From positions 1-59,601 of the forward strand of contig JAAILG010001955.1 in assembly GCA_012026655.1 (NCBI GenBank): a stretch of 59,601 nt of DNA. Direction: 5' to 3'. Made by a program: the position numbers and the translations under genes. Positions 24,401-39,400 of the stretch are shown here, in pieces. Within the stretch, counting starts at the first letter, position 1, and every line of letters begins with the position of its first letter. Below the pieces are notes generated by a model. That model ran no database searches. It saw only the letters and a list, made by a program, of their open reading frames with translations, and was not told where the DNA came from. The DNA is from Hydrolagus affinis. Lineage: Eukaryota.

Positions 24401-27400
24401 CCTATAAATACAGTCTCTCCATTTGACAGCAATTACCTATGAGGTATTTTGACACATATCAATGTGTTGAGATGAAATACAAATGCAAGGATTATTATTT
24501 ATTATAAAATTCAGCTGCATAAATTTTGAGGTGAAAGTAAGACAGAATTGCAAGCATTTGTCATTTGATAAGACGCTGTATGTCCTGCTGATGCAGTCGC
24601 CATGACTGTGCTGATATTGCAAGAATACCTCACAAAGTAACAAAATTACATTGCATAAATTCACAGTATTTAATAGTTTCTCTCACCCTCACATAAAAGG
24701 TCATAATTTTTTACAGACTCAAAATAATTAGAACTCTGAAATTTGCCAAATAAATTGGCAGGCATTAAATGGAGAGGTAATATTTTTTGTTCATCTAATA
24801 GCACTTGACTTATTGCCTTTACGAGTTTTGTTTGATAGGATATCACAAAATGTAAAATGGATTCTCAAGTAAGCCCACTGCGGGATGATTTAATGCAGAT
24901 CTGATGGAGAAAAGCATTCGGAGTATATCATTTCTCTCCCCACTCCCCCAAAAAAAGCAAAAATATATTTCTACACAAATCTATGTTACTGTCACAGTTC
25001 TAAAGCACTATTATTTCATACTGTAAAAAAAATACACTTGCAACATAACACTCACTGCACTGTGGGAATTAAAGGCATCTTAATGATCACAAGGTTCACC
25101 GTCCATCCCACTATGTGGCTTATATAGGAATAAAATATACCAATAGAGCGAGATCATCAAAAAGAACTGCCATGAGAACCAGAGGCACAAAATTCCACCT
25201 TGTGTTAGTTTGAGCATCTATTTTAGCTTAAAATTTAAGTTTGCAGTGAATTTGGAAAACAATTAAATTAAATTTAGAAATAGTTCTGTTTTAGAATTGT
25301 GGAAAAATCTATTTGAAAATCATGAGCGAATTTAAGAATTTTCTTTTAAAAACAACAAAATGGTATTACAGGCTGAAACAAAATGGAATTCCATGCCTCA
25401 TCGCTTTAGTTACTGAATAAGGGAAACACATTTATACTAAATTTATACACATTTATATTCGATTATTGTTAATTTCTTTCCCAAGAGTAAGAAATTATTA
25501 ACGGAGCATAAATCTGGTGACTTCAGCTTAAAATGGGATACCCTCCACTAGGTTCTTCAACTGGTGTGCTGGGATGCTGTTCAATTGTGGGGGCATCAGA
25601 ACTGATTCTAGATTTTATCCCCAACCAACCTTTCAGCAGGATATCCACTGCTTATAGTGGGATCCATTTGATATCATCAAATGTGGAAGCCATGGACAAT
25701 TTTCTTCCTCCCTCCCACAATTCCTAGCCTGGTAATTTATACTTCTACTGCTATGGGTGCAATCAGCATAGAAAAGGACATGTTTTACAACAACAAATAA
25801 TTATTGTATGTAAGATACAAAGACAAAGATCAAATTGCGATCCAATCTGTTTGGGCGGTGGAGTGAAACCCACATAAAGCATTTTGCAAATCCAAATTCT
25901 TCCTCCAATTTGCATGCTGGTGAATATTTGCATTCAGCAAGTTGTGGAACAACACTGCAGACAGAACAGAGCACATTTCTAATGTTCGGTGATCTGAGTT
26001 CCAGAGAAACTGGAGTCCTGCTGATGTAGTAGAATATATGCCTCACTGCAATTGTGCCCTTATTGCAAGATAGGTGAAATGCCCCATTGCCAGCCTCAGG
26101 TCAGTACCTCTTACTGCACCCTTGCACTTTTTTCTACTTCTTGCCCCTTGCATCGTTGTCTCTGCTGTAACTGCCAATTTATGTTCAATTCAGAAACTGA
26201 ATACAGATTGTTCAATTACCTCATATTAGATCCCTTACATTTAGCGGAGAACAGACTTCGATGCCATCAGCCTGGTCTCAAAATCAGATGTCAAAGCACA
26301 ATGGAACAACAACAACAACAAAATTGCACTTATATAGCGCCCTTCAATGTAAAACGGAGAAGAGAGAGGGATATTCATGTAGGTAAGAGAGAATTTACGA
26401 ATTTTAAAAACACACAACAAAATATTTGAAAACAAGCTGCTTTTGCTACCATCATTACTCTTCTATTAAAATTCTTCACAATTCTCCAGCTTTTTTTTAG
26501 TAAATAAATGTAGGCAACACATCTGTGGTTAGTATTTAAAGCAGAAATGGATTTAAAAAGTTGGAAAATCATTTTATGTCACATGGATCAACTAATTTCT
26601 ATTCTTCTGGTCTGAATGGACGCCCAAAACCATAAAAATCTGCCTGCCTGAGACTGGGAGAGATGAAACATAACCATCCTGTCCACCTGCAGGTGTGGAA
26701 CAGATTCAAGTAGTTATCACTAACGCGATCTGGTCACCATTGATGCTCCTGTCGAAAGTGATAGCTGAACAAAACAAACTAATCCCACTCTCTGAAATCT
26801 ACACCACTTCAGTAACAGAACATCTTCTGATATAAGATGACAAGTCGTCCAGCTGTCCCACTGCCACTTGGATGACAAATACAAACAGTTCGTGTCATGG
26901 ATTGGCTTGATGATCAATGGGAATTGGAAGCAGCTATCCCAATTCCTCATCTCTGAATATAATCTAACTTTTGATATGCAATTCAGACAACACATTTGAA
27001 ATCCAGCGGACTGATTAATTTATCATTCAGCGAGTGCCCAAACACCTGGGAACAGTCAATAAAGAGAAAGAAAATACATCCTGTTCAATGCCACCAAATT
27101 AATGCACACAGTTGCAGGCGTTTCTCAGAGTTCTCACCTTTCAGGCTGTGCAGCTTGGACTAAATATCAGAATTCATGCACAAGAATTCATTAAAAGAAG
27201 AATGAAGTAATGACACCTTATTTCACACAGAAGTGTCATGTCTCAAAGCTTTAGATCAAAGTACTGGATTATCACAAAACAGATTAAGCGTCATTATATT
27301 TAAACTTCTAGGTACACCTTTATACTCGGGGAAATACTTTTTCATTAAACTGCACTGATGTTCAGGATGTTAAGGTAACTAATTCACATATTTTAAAATC

Positions 27401-30400
27401 CTCTCATTTTCAATGAGTTGTTTCAGAAGAATCAGAAGCTAAAGTACTGCTACCCTTACAAGCTGCAGACCATTCAGAACTATGCAGCTTGTGATGGGCT
27501 CTCGAGCACCAGGCTCCATGAGCCTATCATCCCCAACTGATAACTCCCAAGAAAACATGTACTTATGGTTATGGTAGTGTCCGGCGATATGGAATTTTTC
27601 CAATATCGATATATCGGTGGGCTCATATCAATATATACCAATATGTCGATATCACCAGGTTTTTTTATCCTGTGTATGCGTGCTCATTCGGATGTGCGCG
27701 CGCATTCCGATATGTGTGCTCTACGCCCAGGAGGTTTGCAATGCTGGCGACAAGGTATGTTGAAAAAGTTTGTATTATACCGATATATCGGCGGACACTA
27801 TATACCGATGTTTTGTGATATACCGATTTTTTTATATACCGAATTTTTAGATATACCGATATATTCAAATTTCCAATATCGGCATATCGATATGAAAAAT
27901 TATACCGATATAACCGATATATCCCCGGACACGAGGTTATGGTATCTGATTTCTGGTATTTATTAGTGGGTTTCATTGATGAAAAATCCCATTTGAATTA
28001 CTGTCAATGTATTAGAACGCCACTCTTGTGCTGAACGCCACTCTTGTGCCACTCTTGTGAACGCCACTCTTGCAATGTGGGTTAGACATGCTCCCGTTAA
28101 CAGGAAGGTGAGCCATTTGTGAGACTCTGATTTCTTTGTAAATATCCCAATTAGGAAATACAAATCATGAATTAGATCCTAACAAGTACATGCTTACCAT
28201 AATTCAGACTTCATAATATTCCTTGCAATTGATATAGCGCCTATTCACATCGTCAAGATGTCTCAAAGTGCTTCAAGGAAAGTAAAGTGGATTGACTATG
28301 TCTTTGGTGGGCGAGATGTGCAGCCAGTTGCACACAGCAATGTCCCATAAACAGCCAAGGAGTGAATGACCAATGTTATTTGGGTGATTGTTGACCAGGA
28401 CACCAGGAGAAACCCCATTTCTCTTTTCAAACAATGCCATGGGATCTTTAATATCCACCTGAACAGGCAGTCTGACTTAGAAGTACAGCAAGAATTATGC
28501 CACATAGCTTCTGAACTCTTGAATGAATCAATATTGTGACATATTCTTACTGCTCCTCAACATGGGATGAGCAAATGTCCTGTCTAATTTTTTTTATGAC
28601 TAATATAAAAATATAAAGTATCCTATTTCAGCGTTTTATTGCTTGCCATTTACCTCAAGCAAATTAAACTTTATTTTATGTATACCTAATCTCACAGCAG
28701 GTGGTTGGTTACAGTATTTGAAGGACTGCAAATGTTTGCCATTACTTTTACCTTTAGCATTCTGGTCTTTTGTTAACATCAATGTACACATTCCTGTTGT
28801 GGGGTTTATCAGACTGACTGCAAGGATGCTCTCAGAAAAATATCAAAAGAAAAATTGCCATCCATTATGCCAAGAGAAACTGTGTGAAAATAACAGGCCT
28901 TAAAGAAGAATTATCTGAGAGAATACATTTCTCCTATTGAAATAGACCCCTATGAAACTAGTAAGTTGAATTTTAGATTATAAACTCATAACTTGATGGT
29001 CTATTAAAACAAAAAGAACCCATACTTTTTTTTGAAGACTGGACATAAATTCTGCCAGTTTTACATCTATATAAACTATAATAACTTATGGCCTTTAAGA
29101 CATTAATAGAAAAAATTCAAAGTGATAATTTTGGTTCAAAAGAATAAGAAATATAAAAGTTCCTTGGTTACAAGGGTGAAGTTACCTGCTTGCAATCAAT
29201 TGTGGTTATTTAGGAAAGAATGCAGGAAATTCATCCTTGAACCCTGCATTTAGCTTTTGCTCTCCATACCTAGTTCATTCAGCACTGAGAAATGGAGCAG
29301 TTCCCTTCAGTTCCTATTGGAATGAATATGATGAATTTTCCTGAGTAAGGTCAACATCCATTATAAATGAAGGATGAATATACAACCTACAAGATATTGC
29401 TTCAGACTTTCCTCGACTCAAATTCTTCAGGAACAGGACTCCTCAGAGGAAGGTATTCTCTTCATTGTCTTGCCCTGGAGGGACTGAAATAGTCTGGTTC
29501 TGTCCAGCTACAATCTGATTTGGCAAAGGTAAAATAGTCTATCCAATTTGAATAGTGGTTTACAATAATCCTTGCATTTCATATAATGCTTTAACATCTT
29601 CGCGAGATGTCTCAATGCACTTCGAGGAATATACTGTAAAGTGAATTGCCTGTATATTTTGTTCAGTTTCCTTACAAACTGCAGGAATCAATGCACTTCT
29701 CCTTGGCAAAGTGTGTCAGAATGTCAGCATCTTCCCATCAGCATAGTGGCTGAAAGTACGGCAGCCGATGGTGGAATGGAGGGGATGAGGGTCGTGCAGG
29801 AGCTGAAGCCAGTTGAGCGAAAGGGATGGGTAGGAGATTAGGGTGGAAACAGGTCAGAGAGATAGAGCCGTGCTGGGGCCTAAAGTGATTTATACAAACA
29901 TAAACTGGCTCTATATTATTTCTTTAAATGCTAAATCAGTTTTGCACTATCTTAATGAATTATTTTCTTGAGGAAATGTGAGTTTATATGCTTTGAGCAT
30001 TGTAACAATGTCCTTACTAAATTTTATTTACCTCTGAATTATTACTTTTGAATGCCTTTCCTTGCCATCTATCACTGTCAGCCATCCTCCGCATACCTAC
30101 TCCCCTGTATTCTTCAGCTGAAAAAGGAGTTTTTAAATTGAGGTCATCAATGACACAACCATTATTATAACTGAAGGCAGAAGCTGAATTGTTTTTTTTA
30201 AAAAAAACGCTGCAAGTGGACTTATGCCTTCAAGCATCTATCTCACATTCGTTTGAGTATTGCACATTTATCAGAACCCAAATGGTCAGAAGACGATTAA
30301 TGCAGATTGGCTATGTTTAAATGTTGTATTTCTGTTCATTCTGAAGTAACAGCAAATGACTTTGTAGCCTAACAAGTGATTTGTTTGTTTCTCAGTGGTA

Positions 30401-33400
30401 CTACCACATGCTGCTTATTTCATTTCAATGTGTTGATGATAGAACCAAAGAAGCATAGAAATTGACAGTACAGAAGGCCATTTTCCCTTTTGAAAGACAA
30501 GATGGTGATTTTAACTTTCCATAAGGGCTGAAATATAATGTCTAGGCACTAGCATGCTGAATGCATGCTAGTGCCTAGACTGCACAAAAGACATCCTGCT
30601 AAATTTTACATTGAAGGCTGGTCACGCAATAAGATTCTCATATTTTACTAATCCTGCTGGGGAGGGGGATGGAATGGTTGAGGAGGGGATTGGGGGGGAG
30701 AAGAGAAAGATTTTCTTTTGTATTTTAATATATGGATGTTACGGCATAGACCAGAGTGACACATGATAAAACAAAGGCTGAATTAAATTGCCAGTGGCTT
30801 ACTTGACTTAACAGAGCATGCTCACGACATCGTAAAATGACTGTAAAAAGAGGCACTAGATTTTCCTTGCAGCAAAGCTTGCATAAGCCACTTCCACTCT
30901 CATGGTTCTTGAGGCTCAATAATAGTTGATGTGCTTGAGAAGCTTGCATTTTGAGTGGTTATGACTTTTCTCAATCAGTTCACACAGCTGAACAACAATC
31001 CCAGAATTTCTCTCCACCCAACTTCTGCATTAAAAGTGGTAATATGTGCTAATCTAATTAGGCATCAGCACTGGGAATTCTACCCCTAAAAAAAGTTTGA
31101 ACATCTATAAATAAATGATGTGTTGTTCATAAAACTGAAAGGATGTCAAATGTCAGAGGTCAATGGTATAAAATGCAAAGATGTCAGAGATAAAAAGTTG
31201 GAACAGTCATAGATTAGAGGTCAAGAATATGAAAGTGCCAGGGTGATGAACGTCCCTTTGTGCAACGCCTTCTAGGTGCAACTTACCACTTCCTCATCTG
31301 ACAATTCCCTCCCTTGAATGCTGCTGTTCTCCCGGACAGCCTGCTGGTGCTTTTTCCCTTTAATGTGACTGAACAGGTGAACCTCAGAGGTGATCTTCGA
31401 AAGACAAGACAGCAATGGGTCAAGTATATTTTAATCCTATTGCTACAGCTTTTTATTTCCTTCTTACCAAATGCGATGTGTAACAGAAATGAATAATAAT
31501 GATCGTTTCACTTTTTGATGTAATGCACATCAAACATCAGAGCGCTTTTGTAAAGCGTCATGGCTATATACTGTTGGCCCATTCAGGAACCAATTTACGA
31601 ATAGGAATATCCAATGTCACTAACCAATAAAACAATTGAATTGCTACATTCACTCACTTCTGGCATTTTATAATAATAATAATCCTTGCATTTGATATTG
31701 CGCTTTTCACATCTTCTAGACGTCTCAAAGCGCTTCACAGAATATACTGTAAAGTGAATTGACTGTATATTTGTGGGTGAAATGCGGCAGTCAATTACGC
31801 ACAACAGTGTCCCACAAACAGTCGTGGATTGAAATGAATAATTTATTAGAGTTTCTTTTTGAGGGATTATTATTGGGCATGTGGAGTAAGGAAACGTGCC
31901 CAAGGTTTCCCCCTGCCTGGATTCAGCTTAAAAGGCAAGCGCTCTAACCACTGAGCTACAGCACTGCACTTGTAATCAGTGCCTGCATGTTTTCCAGCAC
32001 CTTGGGACATCCTCCCGATGTGAAAGGTGCTCTGTAAATGTCATTTTGTTGTTGTTATATGTAGTCTTCAAACACTCTGCTGGGCACCTTTCTCACACAG
32101 TAAAACCAGAAAATAAGTAAAACATAAGAGCCTGCAGAAGTATTCCCACAAAGCATTTGGACAAGTTATTCAAGAGTAATATCCGTGGTTTTGACGGACA
32201 CTGCAGTGCAATCCTGGGGGAGTACTGTATTGTCAGGGATTCTGTCTTTTGATAAGATGTTAATTCAATCTCCTGTACTTCTATTCTTTAGTGAACATTA
32301 AAGATCCTGTAGTACTGCTTAAAAATAGAGGAGTTTCTCCTAGTAATCCAACCAGCAATCATACAGATTAATAGGTCATTCTGTTCATGAGTGTTTTGGG
32401 GACCTGACTGTACGCAAAACTGTTGTTGTATTTGCCTATAGATACCACCACATTACTGTTTTTTTTAATATAAAGCACATGAGCGGTTCCAACATAAGGT
32501 ACTATAATTTCTTTCATTCTTTACATCCATCTCTGGCTACGAGTAACATTTGGCCTATTGATTTGTGCTCCACAATCCTGTTCCATCTATGCTAAAACAA
32601 TTATGACTAACATTGTGTAGTTATTGCCTTGAGGTAAGAAGGTGGACTCTTAGATCAAGATGCTGGTTTTTCACTACACTGGCACATTTCACATGGGAAC
32701 TTAATCTACTGGCAGAAGAGTGGGTTACATAAATTTCACTCATGTTTTCAATACGAGATGATGCTTGAAATGGAAAGAGCTTTCAGTGTATCTAAGACTA
32801 CTTCTATTTCAATCGTGTAATGCTACCCTTTTCACAGTGAAAGCATCATTCACTGCAGTTTTGCAGCAGTGGGATGCTTTAAATTAAGACCAATGTTAGA
32901 TGCTTAGAATGAAAGTATTAATCTCAATTGTCTTTGGATACAGATACCTCATCATCCAAAGTTGATTTATATCTTCCAGTCAAAACAAACATCTAAAGAT
33001 TCCAGTTTGATCATGCGATAAAATCAGTTTGTTACTACGCTGAAGCAGAGTTCAAACTTACCAGCACATTGCACAAGGAACAGTGCTTTTTACGTTCGTA
33101 CGGAGTAAGTTTGGGAGCGAAGTCAGTGTTTGCATGTCTTCCACTGCTCAGTTCAGCTGCTTTCTCCTTCCGTTGCTCCATCTGTTCCATGTGCCGTCGG
33201 CTACTCTCATCGTGCTGAATAAACAATAAAACAGGTGGAAAGACTGAATCATACTCCATGCCAAATACTAACAATTCAGTCTTCTCCATTCTAAACTAGG
33301 TCTAAAAGGCAATATTTTATCAAATAAATTTTTTCCATAATACTGAGAAAAGAAAATCAACGTCACATGGATAAACTAAGAGTCAAAAAATTTCCATTAT

Positions 33401-36400
33401 CAGACCTTTAGTTGTATCTTTTTCTGCAGCTCCTCCATGGCTTCTTGTTGTGCTGCACTAAGTGCTGCCAGTCTCTCCTCCCGATCCCTGTCATTGGAGC
33501 AATAAAATAATCAGCAATGTGAATTGCAGGGGGTGGGGGAGAGAAGACAAGACATTCATTGTAACACTCCCAATGTCTGATCAAGAAGTCACATGCTACA
33601 AAATTATATAGCTTGCTTCTAACTCTTTTGGAAAGGAAATTTGGAAAGTTAAGATGCCAATGCATCAATTATACATTTTTCAGCGCAAACCCCAAATTTC
33701 AAAGTTGACTGACTAAAAAAGATTTCTTTTAGCATCTCAAAAGATGGGCTTTCACTTCCTATAAGCCTTTATCTTGTCATTGTTGATAATGGGCGGATTT
33801 AGGCTTGAAAAGTCCCACAGACCTGGCTCTCTCTCGTGCTGCATCTTCTCTTGCTTTCTCTTTCTCTTGCCGTTGCTGCTCAATCCGTGCTTCCTGTTCC
33901 CTCCTTCTCAACAGCAACTCCTCCACACGCGCCTGGCGCTCGGCTTCCAATGCTCGCTTACGCTCCTGCCACACACATAGTCACGCACACATTTATATTT
34001 AATCAACAAGCAACTTTTGCTCTCTGAATATTAAGGCAGCAAATTAGAGAATATGATTTATATGCATATGAACTGGATAAATAGCATTTTCTCCCATTTA
34101 AAAAAAATGTGAACTTGATAATAAAAGAGATTATATATGGGGAAGAGCTAAATGTGGGAATTAAAAAAGGACGATTTGAGAAAACAGTGGTAGCATAGGT
34201 TCCACATTTCATTTCTAAATGTTTTGTTGCAAATATTTCCATCTAATATATAATCTTAATGGGATGAGATTTGTCTTGTTGCAACTGTGACCATGAGGTC
34301 AAATTTACAACTTAAGCAAACTAAATTTAGTTGCAATTCAAAAGTTGGCAAAGTTTGAAAGAAGGGCTCACACAAAAAAAACAGTTGGCTACTTCCAGCT
34401 GGTGTTTTGCTCCTGGGGATTTTTGTATTTTGCCATCTTCAGGTTGGTGGCTTTCACAAACATTGCAATTCACTTAACAAATCCAGTTTACAAATATTGG
34501 AAATTTGATCTCAATGTGCACTCATAATAAGAAAATGCCCACTTTAGACGTACACTGAGCATTGCTTATCTTGTATGTATAACCTCTAAAATTATTCTTC
34601 TCTTGTTGACTCATACATGGAATTAAAATTTGCTAAGGAACCACACTTATTGGCAAAAAAAATTCTGTCATATCTTTAGAAAGGGCAATTGTACTTTGCA
34701 GAAAACTCTGCACATGTTCCAACAATAGGCTGCAGATTGTTACTCTCTAAACACATCACCGAGTGTGGAAGTGCTTGTTAGCTGCAGGTTGTAGAGTTAT
34801 GGTGCGATTATACTTTTCTCTGCACAAATCGAACCTGCACAGCCTCATCCCGTGCTTGCTTCTCTTCCTGGCGGCGATGTCGCTCCTCCTGTAGCTCATT
34901 CAGCCGCTGCTCATATTCTTTTAGCTTTGCCAGAACATCATGGCGCTTGTTTTGAGCTTCCAATGTATTGATGAACGCAATCTCATTAACCTGAGGGACA
35001 CAGAGACAAGCTCATCAACTTCACCATACAACTGGACTGGAATGCTCAGAAAACAGGCTATCTTACTGACATCAAACTGTTCAGTCATTTCAACACTTTT
35101 GTATTATATCACCTTTCCAAATTATTTAGGTTCTCTGAGAAGGATGGAAAAACGAAGTCAGATTAGAATGATGCATTATTATTCCATTATGTGAACTCTT
35201 CCTATCTGTCTCCTGCACTAACCAAGTGAAATCCTGTGGGTAAACATCTACTGGTAGTTCTGGCAAAGTATGTTTGTTATACTCTGGCAAGGTACGACAA
35301 ACTTGCTGCTTAGACCAATTCGCTACAAAATACACAGTCACTACACCCTACCAGTATTATTCTGTAAAGCACTTTGAGACATCAATGCAAGAATTATGAT
35401 GATAGAATAAAACACCTGTCACCAGGATTGGTAAATATCAAACCCTGCCAGGAACTGGGTTTGCATCATGGTAACACACAGAAACACCACTGACAAAGGC
35501 ACTGAAAGCTACAGGGGCTAACACATGAGACAAAGTTACAAGAGTTCCAGAGCCGCTTCCTTCATGACACTAGGGTCATAGGATTCCTTCAGGAGCTCCT
35601 ACCAACAGTTCTACTAACTATACCCAGAGCCCAGAAATCTTTAGGATATTTGACTCCACACCTTGGCTTCTTCCTCCTGTGCCTTTTTTACGATGGCTTG
35701 AAGCTGCAGTTCCCGTTTAAGCTCTGCGTGTAGTAACTTTTCCTCCATCATCCTCCGCCTCTGTTCCAGCAACTCTTCTTTCCATTTCCGTACTTCCTTC
35801 TCCTAAAATCACAGGCGAAACAAATCAATGCTCAGGAGGAGAGTTAGGAAATACTCCACTTAGTATTTGTAATATATGTCAACCTCAATCAGCAGTAAGT
35901 CTGTTGTCCATGCATTGGACAAACACAAAGTCTTGCATGATGGTTTAAATCCACAGAATCTATGTCAATTGTACATTTAATGATTTAACAAAGTGTTCTC
36001 CTGGTTTATGTACCATTTGTGTACGTTGGCATCTATTATGCACAATGTATAAAGGCAAAATTGATTGTAATAAACAACCAATCAACTGAAACACAAAATA
36101 CTGCAGATCCTGGAAATCTGAAACAAAACCAGAAATCACTAGGAACACAGCAGGTCAGGCAGCATCAATGGAAAAAGGAAAGTGAGTCAAGGTTTCGGGT
36201 CCACACCACTTGCCCTGCCTCTCCCTCTCTGTTAGTCCTTAAAAGCCTCTCCCTCCCAACATTCCCCAGTTCTGACAAATGGTCTTCAACCAATGAACAG
36301 GATTAGTTAGCAATTATGTAGTTATTAATTTTCATGTTATTAAATACATAGTTTAGGGCTCATGTAATATTCTGTGTCCACGGGTACAATACAATGGCAC

Positions 36401-39400
36401 ACAATACACAAAGGACATAAAACTTAGCAATATTTACACATAATGCTGCAGCTTCAGCACACTATATCTTAATCTTTGACAGAAAACAGATGGGTAATCG
36501 GAGCGTTCACCTCAATGAGTTAACAGGATTATTGGACCATGCCATTCAACACTTTGAATTGCAGAACCCATTAAAAAGTGTCACATTATAAAAAATCTGT
36601 GTGTAGAAAAGCATTGAAGAGGCAAAACATGTGGTAGAGAACTGTAGAGCACCAGCCTATAAAAAAAGGTCTGCAGCAAAGATGGATTCTGGCAGCTACT
36701 TTAAATGAAACGGTTTAAGATTTTATTTTAATTGCACAATGCAATAAGCAAGTGCAAACGGTTTTCTGTTGTTTGATTGAGGCTGACACAGAACGATGCT
36801 GCCGATTAAATGTTTGAAGAACTCTAGCTGAGATTCCCTCATCTCCTTCTTGTCTAATTAGATTCAGAATATCTTACCCGCTCCAATAATTTCTGTAGTT
36901 TTAGTGTTTGCTCCTCTCTGAGCTTTTCACGCAGTTGTTGGGCTTTCAGCTGCTTTTCTTCGTGCTTTCTTTTGGATTCTGCGATTGTCCTGCAGGCAAG
37001 AAATTTATAGCTAAAATTAACACATATTGAAAGATAATTGAAAGTGGAAATAAACATACCAGCTCACAGTCCCACACATCAATTTATTCAGTTATTAACC
37101 TCTCTTTCAGTAAAATTCACAGCAAATTGGAACAGGAATTTCAAATTGCAATTCTTGGATCTTAGATACAATTTCTGGATGCAATGCACACCAACCTATG
37201 TGAATTCTGCACCCCATCCCCCCCACCCAAGGCAATCTGCTTCCAGAGAAGAAATAATGCAGATTTGCATGCAGTGATATTTGCATCTCCTTCTCTGAAT
37301 TTGGGGGTTTCAGATTCCAATCAGAAAACCACAAATCTTTCAAGATGTGCGATTTGCCTGTTACAAGGGTAACAGGCAAATCGTAAGTAGGGTTTAAACA
37401 AGATTAATGAATCACATTTTCCGAGATGGGGAAGAAAGTTTCTCATGCATCTGGATGGCATGTCCAGGTGGTCGTGCTGGCTCTTCCTCCACAATATCTC
37501 CCCAGGAAGTGCTCTGACGCCAAGGCTCCCGTGCTGCGGAGAATAAGATGTTGAAATAATTAACACCAGTGGCCAAGACACTTAATCATTCTGAGGGCCA
37601 AATTTCTCATGGTCTTAACCTTCAAAGAAATGTTTTTTAATTTAATGTGGAAACAGATACTTTTTAAAACCAGTGGAAAATAGGTTTCAAAATAAAGGAA
37701 TTGTCCAAAATCCTGCACAATCTTAAATATTAAAACAACATCAGGCTAACAACATCAGAAATTTCAGGCTTCCCGGTGCATTATTTTATGCAGATTACTG
37801 TAGTTATTTGTGAGACTGGCTGTAACCCTATCCTTGTGGGTTGTATCACCACCCTTGCCTTACAGTAAAGGCACTACCAATACAGTACTTGGGTTGGGTG
37901 CTCTGCTCAAACTAATACTAAAGGAGCAAAAATAATAACTTAAAAGGATGCTCATTCAATACAGCCAGGGAATAATTCCACCTCTCCCAGTCTTTCCCAA
38001 ATCAAATCAAAACCCACAAAGAGATACATCTTTGTATCTCTTAACAGCTGTTCTGTGCAATGAAAATGCAGTAGTGGAATTTTAATTAGGGGATCACGCA
38101 CAAAGATTCCTCTTTCCAAATTGTAAACAGAACTGGAAGAGACAGAAACCTAGTATCAGGTTGGAATGAACAGCTTTGGTTTGGAAAAGGGCACAATTAC
38201 GTGAAGGACAGAACTGTGATATTCAGCTTTGTGTTATGGTTGAAATTGGATAGGGATGCTTTCATTGCAATCCAGCCTCATCTGTGCATCGCTCGCTGCC
38301 CTGACACTATCAATGCTAGTTCATGTTAAACCCAAAGGAAATGTCATTTCTTTATGCCCTCTATTGGACTCAGCTTGGGAGTCCATATAAGTGATGTTCC
38401 CATGTGATTGTGTAACAAGATGCTTGAAGCCATACGAGAGGGCCAGAGGTGACAGCCCTCTGATCTACCCCCCTCCCTCTGTGAGATTAAAAAAATGTGA
38501 TTAGCATCTACAGGGCAAAAGTATCCAGACCAATCCTTTCTGTTCTCCCCATCCCTTGGGAAAAGGACGATTGTGGCAAAGTGCCCCATCTACCTGTCTA
38601 ACCAAGGCACAACAAGCAGGACTGACGAGTGGTTGTGTTTACTCTTAGCAGGAATAATAATATTAACTTTACTTAACAAAGAACTCTGCTATCATGTGTT
38701 TAGCTCTCAACTTTTTATAGTATTCCAACAGATAAGTGATTGTCTCTTTCATGACATTAGACTATGTGATTGTCTCTTTCATGACATTAGAATATGTCAG
38801 CTTTATGAGATATTAAGCTGTACATTGAACCAACTGAGAATTTGTCACATACAGAGGCTGAACAGATTCACACCTGCTGAATTTACATTTCAGAGGTTCA
38901 AGTTCTTGTGCTGCCAAAACAGATTCCTCAAGGTTGTGTCTCTCAGGACCTAGGTTCCAGGGTGAATTGCTTTAGGGTAGCAGCTCAAATCACCTCACCA
39001 CCCACTCCTATTTATACCCCACTCTACTGAATGTCAAACGGAAATACAGTATAAAAAGTTAATAGACCCATGTCCACACTAAAGCATAAATAAACAACAA
39101 ACAGCACATACAAAGCAACAAAGTTTTGAAAGGCATGCAACACGTGGAATCCCTGTTACCTAGGACAATGCTCATACCTTCATATTCTGCCAGCACATCA
39201 TTCCAATCCAGGTTCTGGGACAGTGATGAGAGACCATAACGAGTCAAGTTTCCGCTAACCATGCTGGCCTGCAAGATTAAAAAAAGTTATTGTTGTCTTA
39301 AACTGTCCCCGTACTCTTCCACTTCGAATTGATGATCAATCGGAAGATAAGGTTCGTCGGGCTGTACTCACGGAAAACTCATTTTCAGCATCAGTTTCGA

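Noticed and set aside
27565-27976. Overlapping 133-aa and 103-aa ORFs
   Set aside because: Both lie within the palindromic MITE, have low-complexity Y/I/D/R content and show no transposase motifs.
28015-28072. Short repeats that might suggest a CRISPR-like array
   Set aside because: The units are contiguous with no unique spacers, in a vertebrate intron; ordinary slippage repeat.
30725-30949. Minus-strand ORF with CxxC and a CAA|gtaagc donor-like site
   Set aside because: No good acceptor. The flanking SCAPER exons (31287 and 22263) already join in frame.
33774-34027. Plus-strand ORFs opposite SCAPER exons (also 43422-43718 and 46380-46720)
   Set aside because: Antisense shadows of purine-rich coding exons, with no independent gene structure.
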